Assembly (NCBI GenBank): GCA_031426555.1
Contig: JANPLN010000005.1
Coordinates: 1 to 46,955 of the forward strand
Origin: Bdellovibrionales bacterium
Lineage (GTDB): Bacteria > Bdellovibrionota > Bdellovibrionia > Bdellovibrionales > JAGQZY01
Length of the DNA stretch: 46,955 nucleotides
Reading direction: 5' to 3'
A model generated the notes under the pieces. It saw only the letters and a list, made by a program, of their open reading frames with translations, was not told the origin of the DNA and made no database searches. Both the position numbers and the translations under genes were made by a program. Below, piece by piece: positions 1 to 9,539 of the stretch (its first letter is position 1; every line of letters starts with the position of its first letter).

Positions 1-722
1 TCACTCTTATCAAGTGTCTCACCCTGTTTATTATTAAACTGCGTTGCAATGTGCACTCGTTGTACACCTTCAACTTCGATCAAGTTGAGTTTTTGTAAGA
101 TGCGGTGATTTTCGTTATTTTCAACAACGGCAAGCTGTTGCAGGCGCTTTTCAAGGCGCGATAGACTCTTAGCTTTTGCAGCAGCCAACATAAGGCTGTC
201 CGTATAAAAAAGCTGGGGCATTTTTGCCAAGTTCGGCCCAAGGGATTTCCAATTGGCGGTGTCTTTCATCCATTGCTCAAGGATTTGTCGGGAGATGGAG
301 TTTCGTTGTTTTTGCGCGATTTCTTGAATCGCAACAACTTGCTCACGCTTTTGTGTTCTAAAGTCTTTTAATGTTTGAAAAACGCCAAGATAATCACAAA
401 GCTTAAGTTGCACAAGAGCTCTTAGCAAAAAAGGCTCGGTGGTGGTCAAACCGCTCAACGCGGGAGATGTGAGGGTGCGCGAAGCCGCGAGAGCTTTGTT
501 CATTTGATCAAGATGAATGTACGTCCATGCTTTTTCTTCGAGGACCATCAAATATCTATCTGATTGTGTAGTAATTTTGTCATATTCCACAAGAGCCTCT
601 TTGAAATTCTTTTGTTCAAAAAGCTTGCGGGCTTTCGACAGGGTCTGTTGTTCGCTGGAGCCTTTAGCTAAAGCGGATACAGAAAATAGAATAACAAGAA
701 GACTTGTGATTAAAGTTTTCAT
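1..722 (-). CDS. GltC-like TPR protein of the Agl/Glt gliding cluster (partial, runs off the left edge)
   Basis: Not in the ORF track. The ATG at 722 overlaps the upstream TGA (ATGA). Manual translation gives MKTLITSLLVILFSVSALAKG (signal peptide), then TPR-like helices including 'VLEEKAWTY' and 'EPFLLRALVQLKLCDY', reminiscent of GltC/MXAN_2541-type proteins. Confidence 0.65.
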   Translation of the reverse strand, partial: MKTLITSLLVILFSVSALAKGSSEQQTLSKARKLFEQKNFKEALVEYDKITTQSDRYLMVLEEKAWTYIHLDQMNKALAASRTLTSPALSGLTTTEPFLLRALVQLKLCDYLGVFQTLKDFRTQKREQVVAIQEIAQKQRNSISRQILEQWMKDTANWKSLGPNLAKMPQLFYTDSLMLAAAKAKSLSRLEKRLQQLAVVENNENHRILQKLNLIEVEGVQRVHIATQFNNKQGETLDKS

Positions 723-1513
723 AACATAAATCCAATACCAAGTTGCAGAACCATACCATCAATTGAGCGCTCGCCTGAAGACACGCGGTCTTTGTAGTTT
801 TGATAGCGAACTTCTAAGCGACTGGTAAGCCAAGAGTTAACCCATAGGCCCATACCTACTCCGCCCGTAAAAATCGGCGAATTTCCACTGATAAATTCAT
901 TGGGTCCATTTAAATATTCGTATTGGATTTGTCCGCCACCGGCGATGAGGTAAAAATCAAACTGACTCACAGCAGATTCAAACCAGCTCACTTTTCCGTA
1001 AATTGGATACCAGTTGATGACAGCCATGGTTGTGCGAATTGGATAGGCAATGGAGGGTGCGACGTAATCAGTGGCGCCGGCAGCTTGTTTTGCAGCGGCC
1101 ACGTCAAAAATGCGTTGTCCTTCAGTGGTTAATTCGTTGCGATGGTCGTTGTAGCGAAGTCCTAAGGACCAGCGAGGCGTAATGTGGAAATCTAAGTTTG
1201 CACCCCAGTTCACGGTGTTGAGGTACGTGTCTCCACCGTTCACAAAACCATAGGCAAGGCCGATTTCGGGGCGGAAGTTTCTATCCACTTCGCGCTTTTG
1301 CACAACTCGCATTGAGTTGTTAGGTTGGAGCGCTCGCGCTTTTTTGATGATGTCCTCATTTGTGCCGAGGCCATCAAGTTGCTGGTCCACATTAATGGAT
1401 TTTGCGGATTTATTGTAGTTTTTTGCTCGTCCCGCTTTTGCTTTTGCAAAGACCGGCGACGCAATTAACAGCGTTGCTAGTGCTGATGCTAGGATTTTTG
1501 CTGTGAAACTCAT
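719..1513 (-). CDS. Outer-membrane beta-barrel protein (myxobacterial/Bdellovibrio GltA/GltB/GltH-like family)
   Basis: Signal peptide, 'MRVVQKR' motif, alternating beta-strand pattern and terminal 'LGIGFML'. The likely start at 1513 overlaps the upstream stop (ATGA). Confidence 0.75.
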   Translation of the reverse strand: MSFTAKILASALATLLIASPVFAKAKAGRAKNYNKSAKSINVDQQLDGLGTNEDIIKKARALQPNNSMRVVQKREVDRNFRPEIGLAYGFVNGGDTYLNTVNWGANLDFHITPRWSLGLRYNDHRNELTTEGQRIFDVAAAKQAAGATDYVAPSIAYPIRTTMAVINWYPIYGKVSWFESAVSQFDFYLIAGGGQIQYEYLNGPNEFISGNSPIFTGGVGMGLWVNSWLTSRLEVRYQNYKDRVSSGERSIDGMVLQLGIGFML

Positions 1514-2328
1514 TGTGGCCCCCACTTTGGCGTTGTGATCTCAGTCGTAGGTGCTGCCGCACCAGTTTTTGGAGTTGATGTGCCGGTAGTCGGCGCTGTC
1601 GCTCCCGCTTTTTTGACTAAAATTTCTTTGTTCATCGTTTTTGAAATGGCCTCAAAGGTGATTTGCATAATGTTGTTGTTGTAGGCACTTGCGTCCGTAT
1701 ATTCAAGACCTGTTAAAGTGACTTGAATGTTTCCACGATCCTCAGTCGTCCCTGCTTCGATCACACCTTGGGGCTTCCAGGTAATCTTGTAAGTCACTGA
1801 GTTATCTACATTTGCGATCTGAGTAACTGTCGCTGTTGTGGGCTGATCCTCGACGATGAGGTCAAAGCGAACCTTTGAGCGGAAAAGAACTTTTGCATTG
1901 ATATAATAACTCGACTCTACACCTTCAGTAAAAATCATAGCTTCTTCTTTAAGAAGTCCGGCGTCAGAGTACGTTTTTACTTCGTAAGGAATGCCGTCTA
2001 TGGAAAGTTGCTGAGAGGTCTTTACGAGATTTTCTAAGCATTGACGGTAGTTTCCTTCGTTTTCCTGAAGGAGTGATTCTGGACAATTGAAAATATAGAT
2101 GGCTTTTTGGATTTCGACGGGTCGTTCAACAGTGACTTCAACGATTTTCTCTTGAATCACGGGGATCTCTTTGGTTTCTGTAACCAGTTTATAATCTACT
2201 TTTTGCGGAGCGGATTGAGCTTCGGCAGATAAATTGAGCTGTTTATAGTTTTCTAGCGGGTTGTTCTTTGTGGGCCCACAAGCCGTCATCAAACTTAAAA
2301 CTGCGATTAACGATATTACTAGTTTCAT
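1510..2328 (-). CDS. Lipoprotein of unknown function within the gliding operon
   Basis: Lipobox-like 'LSLMTAC', a beta-rich C-terminal half and a Thr/Pro/Ala-rich tail. Confidence 0.7.
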   Translation of the reverse strand: MKLVISLIAVLSLMTACGPTKNNPLENYKQLNLSAEAQSAPQKVDYKLVTETKEIPVIQEKIVEVTVERPVEIQKAIYIFNCPESLLQENEGNYRQCLENLVKTSQQLSIDGIPYEVKTYSDAGLLKEEAMIFTEGVESSYYINAKVLFRSKVRFDLIVEDQPTTATVTQIANVDNSVTYKITWKPQGVIEAGTTEDRGNIQVTLTGLEYTDASAYNNNIMQITFEAISKTMNKEILVKKAGATAPTTGTSTPKTGAAAPTTEITTPKWGPQ

Positions 2329-2337
2329 ACAGTACCC

Positions 2338-3618
2338 CTACCTTTGGCTCACGCGACGAAGCTCAAATGGATAATCAACATCCACATTCACTGCGCCGAG
2401 CGGTTTAGGAAATTTCCAACCTTTAATTTTTGCAGCAATACAACTTTCAACTTTGCCGTCGCCAACACTGGAATGTGCGATTTGCGACAGATTCACGCGA
2501 CCTTTTCCGTTAATCACCCAGTGGGCAGTTAACCGACCGCGAAGATCAGGTTTGCCTTGCAGACCTGTTTCATAACAGTAAATGATTTGTCCCATATTTT
2601 TTTGTACAACGGCAGCGATCTGATCGCGATCCAAGCCGCTTTCAACTGTGGCTTCTTCTGTGAGAGGAGCCATGAACGCACCCGATTTACCACGGAATGA
2701 AATTCCGCCACCAAGACCATGTCTTCCGCCACCAGATCCTGAAGATCCGTATCCACCAGCACCCATGGCCTGTGAACCTGCACCCGGACTTGAAGCAATA
2801 AGACCTTTTCCAGGAAGCGCACCACTGGCTCCGCCTTTAAGGCCTTCACCAATTCCGCCACCACCACTGCCGGCGCCGCCGTAACCGCGACCACCAGAAC
2901 CACGTCCGCCCTCACCTACACCGTTAAGGTCAAGGCTTGAAGCATGGCTTTTTTTAATGGTGCTGAGAGCGCCGAGTACTCCCAATTGATTGATATTTGG
3001 ACCTTTATTGTTTGCAGGAACGTCTTTGCGAATGGGAACGTTTTTAACCACTGTGATTTTTTTAGGTTGAACGATCTTTTTAGTCACATTGGATCTTGTG
3101 ATATTTTTAGGCACTGGTTTTTTATTAAGAATTTTTTCAGCCATTTTCACTGTTTTTTGTTTTTTAGGCTCTTCCATCTTTGGAATTTCAGGGATTTCTG
3201 TATTAATAGTTACCACAACCGGTTCTATTTTTTTATCTGGAAAAAAGCGATTGACGATAAAGCTCAATAAAACAAAGAACGCGATAATGCTAACGTGCGT
3301 GATGGCGGAGTATTGAAAGGTTTTTTTAAGGCGTGATTCTTCCTTTTGTAAAGCAAAGGTCGGAGAGAAGAGAGACGCGTCTTCTTTGTAGCTCAGGAAG
3401 CCGATTCCTGAAATGGAAACATCTTTATTTTGCACATCTTTTTTAGTTGTGGTTGTAAGTAATAAGTATGGAACGTCGGCTTTATCGAGTTCGGTTGTAT
3501 TATGAACGGCTTCAATACGCCCTTCATCCTGACGATAGACCAACGTGAGTGATGGGCTTTCCCATAGGAAAGTACGTATGATCTGTTTATTTTTATTTTG
3601 CAGTACAAAACATCCCAT
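2338..3618 (-). CDS. GltG/PglI/AgmX-like TonB-C-terminal-domain protein
   Basis: One TM helix with the TonB/TolA-type 'SAITH' motif, a Pro/Lys-rich then Gly-rich linker, and a C-terminal AgmX/PglI-type domain ('GLDRDQIAAVV...IIYCYE...ESCI...WKFPKP...VDYPF'). Confidence 0.85.
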   Translation of the reverse strand: MGCFVLQNKNKQIIRTFLWESPSLTLVYRQDEGRIEAVHNTTELDKADVPYLLLTTTTKKDVQNKDVSISGIGFLSYKEDASLFSPTFALQKEESRLKKTFQYSAITHVSIIAFFVLLSFIVNRFFPDKKIEPVVVTINTEIPEIPKMEEPKKQKTVKMAEKILNKKPVPKNITRSNVTKKIVQPKKITVVKNVPIRKDVPANNKGPNINQLGVLGALSTIKKSHASSLDLNGVGEGGRGSGGRGYGGAGSGGGGIGEGLKGGASGALPGKGLIASSPGAGSQAMGAGGYGSSGSGGGRHGLGGGISFRGKSGAFMAPLTEEATVESGLDRDQIAAVVQKNMGQIIYCYETGLQGKPDLRGRLTAHWVINGKGRVNLSQIAHSSVGDGKVESCIAAKIKGWKFPKPLGAVNVDVDYPFELRRVSQR

Positions 3619-3632
3619 TTTACATCCTACCG

Positions 3633-3944
3633 TTATTTCCGTAATTGTTCTTGCGCCTCACGGTCCTTAAACGAGCGTCTAAGGCCGAGAAGGTCATCAA
3701 GGACCTTTTCATCTTCTACCATTGCAATTCCCTGACCCGCCGTTTGGTATTTACCGCGAACTGAGGCGGCATCGAACGAGAAAGAGGTCCCTAATTGTCC
3801 ATCGGTGGCCTTAGGTGTGACAATTTTAGTCACCGTCTTCTTCTTCATGTTTTTGGTCGAGTTGGCCTGGGCGTAGCCATTGAGTCCCAGGGTCAGAGTT
3901 AAAATCTGGAGGAGGAGGAAAATGCGGGTCGGTAGTTTTTTCAT
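3633..3944 (-). CDS. GltF/CglF-like small exported protein
   Basis: Signal peptide; 'FSFDAASVRGK...LLGLRRSFKDR' resembles the CglF pattern. It lies just upstream of the GltG-like gene. Confidence 0.6.
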   Translation of the reverse strand: MKKLPTRIFLLLQILTLTLGLNGYAQANSTKNMKKKTVTKIVTPKATDGQLGTSFSFDAASVRGKYQTAGQGIAMVEDEKVLDDLLGLRRSFKDREAQEQLRK

Positions 3945-6892
3945 TGGAACATCCCTTTCATTTGCACCATTCGAGCTTCAAGATAGGCCACTGTCACATC
4001 GTTCCCGCGGAGAGTTTCGATCTCCTTGAGTTTTGCCACGTTAGCTTCTTCGAATGGATTTTTACGAATTTGACTTTGTGCTTGCGATACAGCCTGCGAG
4101 CTTGGATAATTTGCACGCTCATTGAGCGCTTGTTCTAAATAACGCGCCTTCGAGGGAGGAGCATGCTTAATGAGCTGCTGAAGGTCTTCTTTGAGGGCAT
4201 GTCTGTACTCGACGCGGGCGTTTTTATAAGTGTTTGTGTGGGCCGTGAGCCAACCCTCTTCGCTCCAAAGAGCTTGCAGTTTTTCTTCGATCTTCTTCGA
4301 TTTTTCAAGGTAAGGCTGCGCCTGTTGACTGAGAATTTGAACATACTGTTCGCGCTGCTCTTTCGTAAGTCCCCGTGGCAGCGGCAAACCGACCAGGTTT
4401 GTGTGCAATCTGGCGTATTCGTACTTAAGAACGTTCAAGAAAATGGCTTGCATTGAGATGTCGCGGCTTTTGACGGATTCTTTTAAGAATGTCTCAAATT
4501 GAGACAAGTTCTTGATTCGTTCTTCGAGGGATTTTTTGAGAGTGTTTTGGCTTTTTGCATTGAGGCGCAACGAAGAAATCTGGGCAATTTCTTTCTGAAT
4601 CGAAGAATAGCTAATTAACCGCGAAAGAAGTCCTGCAAAAGCGCTTTTTCGAACTGACGGATAATTAAAAACGTCTTCAAGTATTTGCTTATTGCGATTT
4701 TTTGAGTAGATCTCAAGGGCAAGCTTGGCTAAAACATCGGGTGACTGGGAAAGCTCAGCAATATGTTTCTTTAACATTTTTTGTGGGAGCATTTGTCTTT
4801 GAATCCGACGTACGATGATCGACGCCCGAGCCTTTTTATTTTGACTGAGTTTCAAAAAGTCTTCTTCGTGCTGATCGGGTTTGAGGTTGGCCATTTCAGC
4901 CAGCCAAATCAGTTTGAGTGCTTCGTCCGAAGACATGGCGCCGGCTGATTTTTTGGTGAGTTCGTAAGCCTGTTTGTAATCAAGTTCCATCTCAGCAAGC
5001 CAGATTCGGTCTTGGATGGCTTGTGAATGCTCACGCTCTGTTAATGTTTTAAGTGACAGCGTGTTGAGGTTTGCGTGAAGGGCGTCTTTAAAGTTTTTCA
5101 GTTGAAGCGATAATAAGTACATATTTTTGTAAAGGTTCTTTTTTTCCACATCCGTGCTATCAACCATAGAAATCGATTTTAGTTTCACGAGATCAGAGTT
5201 GCCGGCTTTTTTGGCGTTGATTTTTGCAGCCACCGTATTGAGTACTGATTTTCTATGGATTTTGTAAAATTCTTTTTTATCTTCTTGGAAACGAGTCGCA
5301 AACTCTAAACTCCAGTTTTCGATGGCCTCGTCGTCTTTAAGTTGAATCAATGAATTTAAAGCCAAATGCGCTGCTTCCACTTTTTCTTTGCGATGCTCTT
5401 TGGCATTGCCGTCGATAGCGAGAGTTTTAAAATGACTGGCAGCTTTATCAAACGCTTTCAATTCAAAATAAAGTTTAGCAATTTGATAGCGAACTTCAAA
5501 GGTACGCGCGCCTTTTTCGTTGAGTTTCAAGTAGTGAGTATAAGATTGCATTCTGATTTCGGGATTTTTTAGCGTCTCGGCCATGTCCATCTCGCCAACC
5601 AAAGCATTTTCTAAAGTCTTCTGATTTTTGTTGGCAGCACTTACGTTTGCAGCTTTTTGAAAAAACTCATGGGCGCTTTTGTATTGCTTTCTCTGCTGAG
5701 CTGCGGCTGCGCCAAGAAGTAGCATTTCTTCATCTTTTGGAAACAGATCTGTATAGATTACATAGGCATGAGTGAGCTCTGTGGATTGGATTTTTTTCTC
5801 TTCACGATTCCAGTCGATGATCCATCGGCGAACTTCGCTTTGTAATTTGTCACAACTATCACCACAACCTTGGTCTTTCCATGTTTCCTTCACCTGAGCA
5901 AACAATTGAACAGCTCCAGGCAAATTACCGGTGTCGCGCTTAAGTTTCATAATGCGAATTTGTGCCTCGAGAGCGTCTTTCTTCTGATCAGAATTCGAAA
6001 GATAAAACATCCAAACAAGGGCTGCTTCCTTCTTTTTACCGAGGCGGTCGGCTTCGGTGGCTAAAGCGTGAATATTCTGCATGCGATACGAGGGAGGACT
6101 CAGCTGAAGAACTTTATTGAGAGTTTCTTGATTGATGGTCTGACGTGCGTAGAAAGACGAAAGATCTTTCGAGACGTCGATCTTAAAGGATTCGTCTTGA
6201 GTGATTCCTTCGGCGTTTTTGTATTCGGTTAATTTTGGATTTTTCAAAATCATTTCAAGCTTTGCGATGGCGCTTGGAACTTGCTCCATATTAAATAAAC
6301 ACCAAGCCAGACGGTAGTGCACCAGGCCCTTTTGTGGTGATTCTTCGATGCTCAAGGCTTTTTCGTATTCAGCCTTAGCTTGTTTAAACTGTGATTTTTG
6401 AAAATAGATATCGCCGAGAGCTGCGTGCGATTGCCCTAGGGTTTCGCCTTTGTGGCGCTTTTTACCCTCTTTAGTGATTTGTAAATGGATTTTTTCGGCT
6501 TTATCGGTTTGGTTGAGACTCAAGTGTAAGTGGGCTTTTTGTAAGAAGGCGTGGCCGCGCATATCTTCGCTGAGGCGCGGGATGATGTTCTCATAGTGAC
6601 CAATGGCTTCAACGCGATCTTCTTTGGACTTTAAACAATTTGTGCAATTTTGTTCAACTTCAGAAAGTGCTTTAAGGCGCGATCGTTCGGCAAGCAAATC
6701 GGCTAAACGCAAAGTGGACGGAACTTTTGAAACATCCGTAGTATCTAGAGATTGTATGATTTGTCGAAGGCGATCGATAACAACAGTGTGTGTATTGAGA
6801 TCCATTTTTTCGGCAATAGCCACCGAGGTAGCTATGCTGATCGAAAGAATAAAAGCTAAAGAACGGATCTGAAATCTCAACGTCGCGCGCAT
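3941..6892 (-). CDS. Large exported TPR protein, AgmU/GltD-like
   Basis: 983 aa, signal peptide, multiple TPRs ('YRLAWCLFN'), and C-terminal 'LPLPRGLTKEQREQYVQIL' typical of GltD-like proteins. It follows the TolQ/TolR genes. Confidence 0.75.
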   Translation of the reverse strand: MRATLRFQIRSLAFILSISIATSVAIAEKMDLNTHTVVIDRLRQIIQSLDTTDVSKVPSTLRLADLLAERSRLKALSEVEQNCTNCLKSKEDRVEAIGHYENIIPRLSEDMRGHAFLQKAHLHLSLNQTDKAEKIHLQITKEGKKRHKGETLGQSHAALGDIYFQKSQFKQAKAEYEKALSIEESPQKGLVHYRLAWCLFNMEQVPSAIAKLEMILKNPKLTEYKNAEGITQDESFKIDVSKDLSSFYARQTINQETLNKVLQLSPPSYRMQNIHALATEADRLGKKKEAALVWMFYLSNSDQKKDALEAQIRIMKLKRDTGNLPGAVQLFAQVKETWKDQGCGDSCDKLQSEVRRWIIDWNREEKKIQSTELTHAYVIYTDLFPKDEEMLLLGAAAAQQRKQYKSAHEFFQKAANVSAANKNQKTLENALVGEMDMAETLKNPEIRMQSYTHYLKLNEKGARTFEVRYQIAKLYFELKAFDKAASHFKTLAIDGNAKEHRKEKVEAAHLALNSLIQLKDDEAIENWSLEFATRFQEDKKEFYKIHRKSVLNTVAAKINAKKAGNSDLVKLKSISMVDSTDVEKKNLYKNMYLLSLQLKNFKDALHANLNTLSLKTLTEREHSQAIQDRIWLAEMELDYKQAYELTKKSAGAMSSDEALKLIWLAEMANLKPDQHEEDFLKLSQNKKARASIIVRRIQRQMLPQKMLKKHIAELSQSPDVLAKLALEIYSKNRNKQILEDVFNYPSVRKSAFAGLLSRLISYSSIQKEIAQISSLRLNAKSQNTLKKSLEERIKNLSQFETFLKESVKSRDISMQAIFLNVLKYEYARLHTNLVGLPLPRGLTKEQREQYVQILSQQAQPYLEKSKKIEEKLQALWSEEGWLTAHTNTYKNARVEYRHALKEDLQQLIKHAPPSKARYLEQALNERANYPSSQAVSQAQSQIRKNPFEEANVAKLKEIETLRGNDVTVAYLEARMVQMKGMFQ

Positions 6893-6895
6893 GGG

Positions 6896-7381
6896 TTACT
6901 CCTGTTGGTAGACTGCAAATTTAACATTCTTGATCCCAGCGTGAGCCGATGCGGTCAGAAATGGTTGGAGTTTATGAAAGTCTACATTTTCGTCGGCTTG
7001 TAAAATGATCGAAGGCTCTTTGTTCTCTACTTTTAACTTTAGATTTCCTGCAACCTGCGCAAGTCGACTGTTTAACTGAGCTTCGCTAATAATTTGACCA
7101 TCAATCATAAATTGGTTGTTTTTAAAGGTGATGACTGGTGATCCGTCGAGTTGATTGAAAACTTTTGCCTGCGGCAGAGTGATCTGGTCTTCTAAATCCA
7201 TAGTTTCGCTGGGAGAGTTACAAACAACAAGATAAAGGACGATAATCACGAAAGCATCGATCAACGAAGTCAAAGTGATTGTAGATTGAATGCTTTTACG
7301 AAGCTTACTTTGGTTTTTACGCAAAAGAAGACCGCGCGTTGTTACTTGAGGAATACTGTGTGTACTAAGAATCGTTCGCAT
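6896..7381 (-). CDS. ExbD/TolR-family protein (AglS-like)
   Basis: TM helix 'LTSLIDAFVIIVLYL' with the conserved Asp; periplasmic 'IILQAD...AGIKNVKFAV'. Confidence 0.85.
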   Translation of the reverse strand: MRTILSTHSIPQVTTRGLLLRKNQSKLRKSIQSTITLTSLIDAFVIIVLYLVVCNSPSETMDLEDQITLPQAKVFNQLDGSPVITFKNNQFMIDGQIISEAQLNSRLAQVAGNLKLKVENKEPSIILQADENVDFHKLQPFLTASAHAGIKNVKFAVYQQE

Positions 7382-7393
7382 GGTTATTCCTTT

Positions 7394-7840
7394 TTAGATT
7401 GGTGATATTCCAACGTTTTTGATTTCGGCTTTGCGCAAAGAATCCACGGTCTTCATTGTTACACCGTAAGAAACTCCAGGCTTAGCGATAACGACAGAGG
7501 TATTAAGATCAGGGATGCTTTTGCGGAGAGAAACTAAAAAGGAATCAATTTTATCCCAGTTCGGCTCACCGTTGACTGCTTGAATTTTGAATTGTCTTTG
7601 TTTTGTTTTAACGTCTTTTAGATCAAGTTGAAAACTTTTGTCGTTTTCAACTTGCACGACCACTGAAGGAGGATTGTTTGCGCCGCTAGTGCTTTCCGCA
7701 CCCACGGCTTGATGAGTGTCTATGGATCCGATGTAGGACCATACTGCTGTTAGTAACAAAAAGCTTAAACAGGCTGATAACATGTCGATAAACGGTATCA
7801 AGTTCAGTTCAAACTCAATTTCTTTTTTAAACGAACTCAT
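7394..7840 (-). CDS. ExbD/TolR-family protein (AglQ-like)
   Basis: 'ELNLIPFIDMLSACLSFLL' ExbD motif. Confidence 0.85.
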   Translation of the reverse strand: MSSFKKEIEFELNLIPFIDMLSACLSFLLLTAVWSYIGSIDTHQAVGAESTSGANNPPSVVVQVENDKSFQLDLKDVKTKQRQFKIQAVNGEPNWDKIDSFLVSLRKSIPDLNTSVVIAKPGVSYGVTMKTVDSLRKAEIKNVGISPI

Positions 7841-7880
7841 AAGTCATTCCCCTGTTTAAATTCACAGTTTAATCATTAAA

Positions 7881-8546
7881 TTACTTAGCGCGCAGTTTAC
7901 GAGAAGATACAGTCTCAACGTTAAAGCCCAACCAGATGTACATTCTTAAAGCGGCTTTATGAAGATCTTCAACCAATGTGTTTGCTCTGTTTTGTAGGAT
8001 TGCAAAGGCAATCAAGGCAGGTACAGCAACGATCAGTCCGTAAGCTGTGGCACTCATGGCTTCGCCCACACCTTCGGCAAGGAGGCGCGCTTTTTCTGCG
8101 GCGCCGGCATTGGCGATCCCAGAGAAAGATTTAATAAGACCTACGATTGTTCCTAAGAGACCTAAAAGAGTGGCAACGTTTGCCAACATCGAAATAAACC
8201 CTAGGCGTGAATCTACACGACCGGATTCTTCGATTAAAATTTCATCCATTTTGTGTTGAAGCTCTTCGCGTCCGCTATGATCAATCGTTGATTGAACACC
8301 CACTTTAGTGAGAGCGGTTAAAGCTTCATTTCCAGAGCGATGTGATTTAGCAACAACTTGCTCGAATTGTGCAGACTTAATGTCCTTCTCCATATGATCA
8401 ACGATGTCGCGAGCGTTGAGGGAGCGTTTGAGATATAAAGCGTAGTAGCGTTCAAAAATCAGTGCCATGCTAACGATTTGCACTAATAGGATGGGGTACA
8501 TCCAGAATCCACCGGCCATAAAGAATGTTCCTAATTGCGTAAACAT
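7881..8546 (-). CDS. MotA/TolQ/ExbB proton-channel protein (AglR-like)
   Basis: 'ATLLGLLGTIVGLI' and 'AMSATAYGLIVAVPA' motifs; RBS GGAGG upstream. Confidence 0.92.
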   Translation of the reverse strand: MFTQLGTFFMAGGFWMYPILLVQIVSMALIFERYYALYLKRSLNARDIVDHMEKDIKSAQFEQVVAKSHRSGNEALTALTKVGVQSTIDHSGREELQHKMDEILIEESGRVDSRLGFISMLANVATLLGLLGTIVGLIKSFSGIANAGAAEKARLLAEGVGEAMSATAYGLIVAVPALIAFAILQNRANTLVEDLHKAALRMYIWLGFNVETVSSRKLRAK

Positions 8547-8589
8547 AATAATCCTCCAAATTTAGTAGTCTTCACCACAAACATGGTAG

Positions 8590-8605
8590 AGCAAGGTCAG
8601 TACCA
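8590..8605 (-). promoter_or_regulatory. Sigma-54 (-24/-12) promoter of the gliding operon
   Basis: The minus strand reads TGGTAC-TGACC-TTGCT, matching TGGCAC-N5-TTGCW with correct spacing, about 45 bp upstream of the aglR-like start. Confidence 0.75.
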
Positions 8606-8692
8606 GCCGCAGTTCGGTTTAAATGGCATTTCAGATCAAAGTGAGACAATTTTTGTCATTTGGCTGTAAAACGCAGTTCAAAAATGAGCCGA

Positions 8693-8719
8693 GAAACTGT
8701 CTCAAAATAAGACAGTTTC
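8693..8719. promoter_or_regulatory. Perfect 10-bp inverted repeat, candidate activator/operator site
   Basis: GAAACTGTCT-caaaata-AGACAGTTTC, about 90-115 bp upstream of the sigma-54 motif. Confidence 0.5.
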
Positions 8720-8766
8720 AAACGTTTTACTTGGGGCTTCTCTCGCGAATGTTATTCTAAGAGGAG

Positions 8767-9195
8767 ATGTATGCCGTTCTTTTACTTATTCACTTTGTTC
8801 AGGCTGTTGATCCTGTTTGTGCAGATCACTACTCTCAGCTTGAAAAAACCGACGCCTTAAAGCGCTTTCAAGCGATCGTTCCAGCGAGTGGCATCAAAGG
8901 GTTCGTTAACAAGACTCGCGGATCGTATTTTTTCATCAAAAGCACCAACGATAAGCTCAAACTCACTTTTTTAACGACGGGCCTCTTTGATCTGTATGGT
9001 ATTCGGCGCGACAGTGAAATTCGCTTCTGTGACTCCGAGGGACAAATCTCTATTTTAGGCATGGATGGAGTGCAAAAGATTGTCCTTAAGGACAATTGGA
9101 TCGTTTTTAAAGACGATTCACTCGTACACACCTTCGAGCCAGGAGAAATCCCGCCCCTCCTGCGAGAAAAAAACGATTTGTCTGATTTAGAATAA
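8767..9195 (+). CDS. Hypothetical exported protein
   Basis: Good RBS (GAGGAG), short hydrophobic N-terminus, 142 aa. Confidence 0.65.
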   Translation: MYAVLLLIHFVQAVDPVCADHYSQLEKTDALKRFQAIVPASGIKGFVNKTRGSYFFIKSTNDKLKLTFLTTGLFDLYGIRRDSEIRFCDSEGQISILGMDGVQKIVLKDNWIVFKDDSLVHTFEPGEIPPLLREKNDLSDLE

Positions 9196-9262
9196 AGTCG
9201 CCGACACACATTTTTGGGGATTTTTTCTATGTTGCCTACGAATTTTGTGCAATGATCCAGCA

Positions 9263-9538
9263 ATGAGCGAGTTTACAGAATCGAAGAGCGAAAACCAACC
9301 CCCGGTGCTTGTTTCTCCGGCAGATCTTTCCTCGGAAGCCCTTGAGGGAATTATTGAGAGTTTCATTTTACGCGAGGGAACAGATTACGGGTCTGTGGAA
9401 GTTGACCATGATAAAAAGTTTTTGCAGATTCAAAATAAAATTATGAAAAATGAGTTTTTAATTACCTTTGATTCCGAGAGCGAGTCCATCAATCTGTTGA
9501 CTCGCCAGCAATGGGATCAATTACAGAAAGAAAAATAA
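9263..9538 (+). CDS. yheU: YheU (UPF0270) family protein
   Basis: '[22 protein letters not shown]' signature. The ATG at 9263 is preferred over the GTG at 9245. Confidence 0.85.
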   Translation: MSEFTESKSENQPPVLVSPADLSSEALEGIIESFILREGTDYGSVEVDHDKKFLQIQNKIMKNEFLITFDSESESINLLTRQQWDQLQKEK

Positions 9539-9539
9539 G

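Noticed and set aside
2648..2930. GC-rich repetitive stretch and Pro-rich antisense ORF
   Set aside because: It is explained by the Gly-rich linker of the GltG-like protein.
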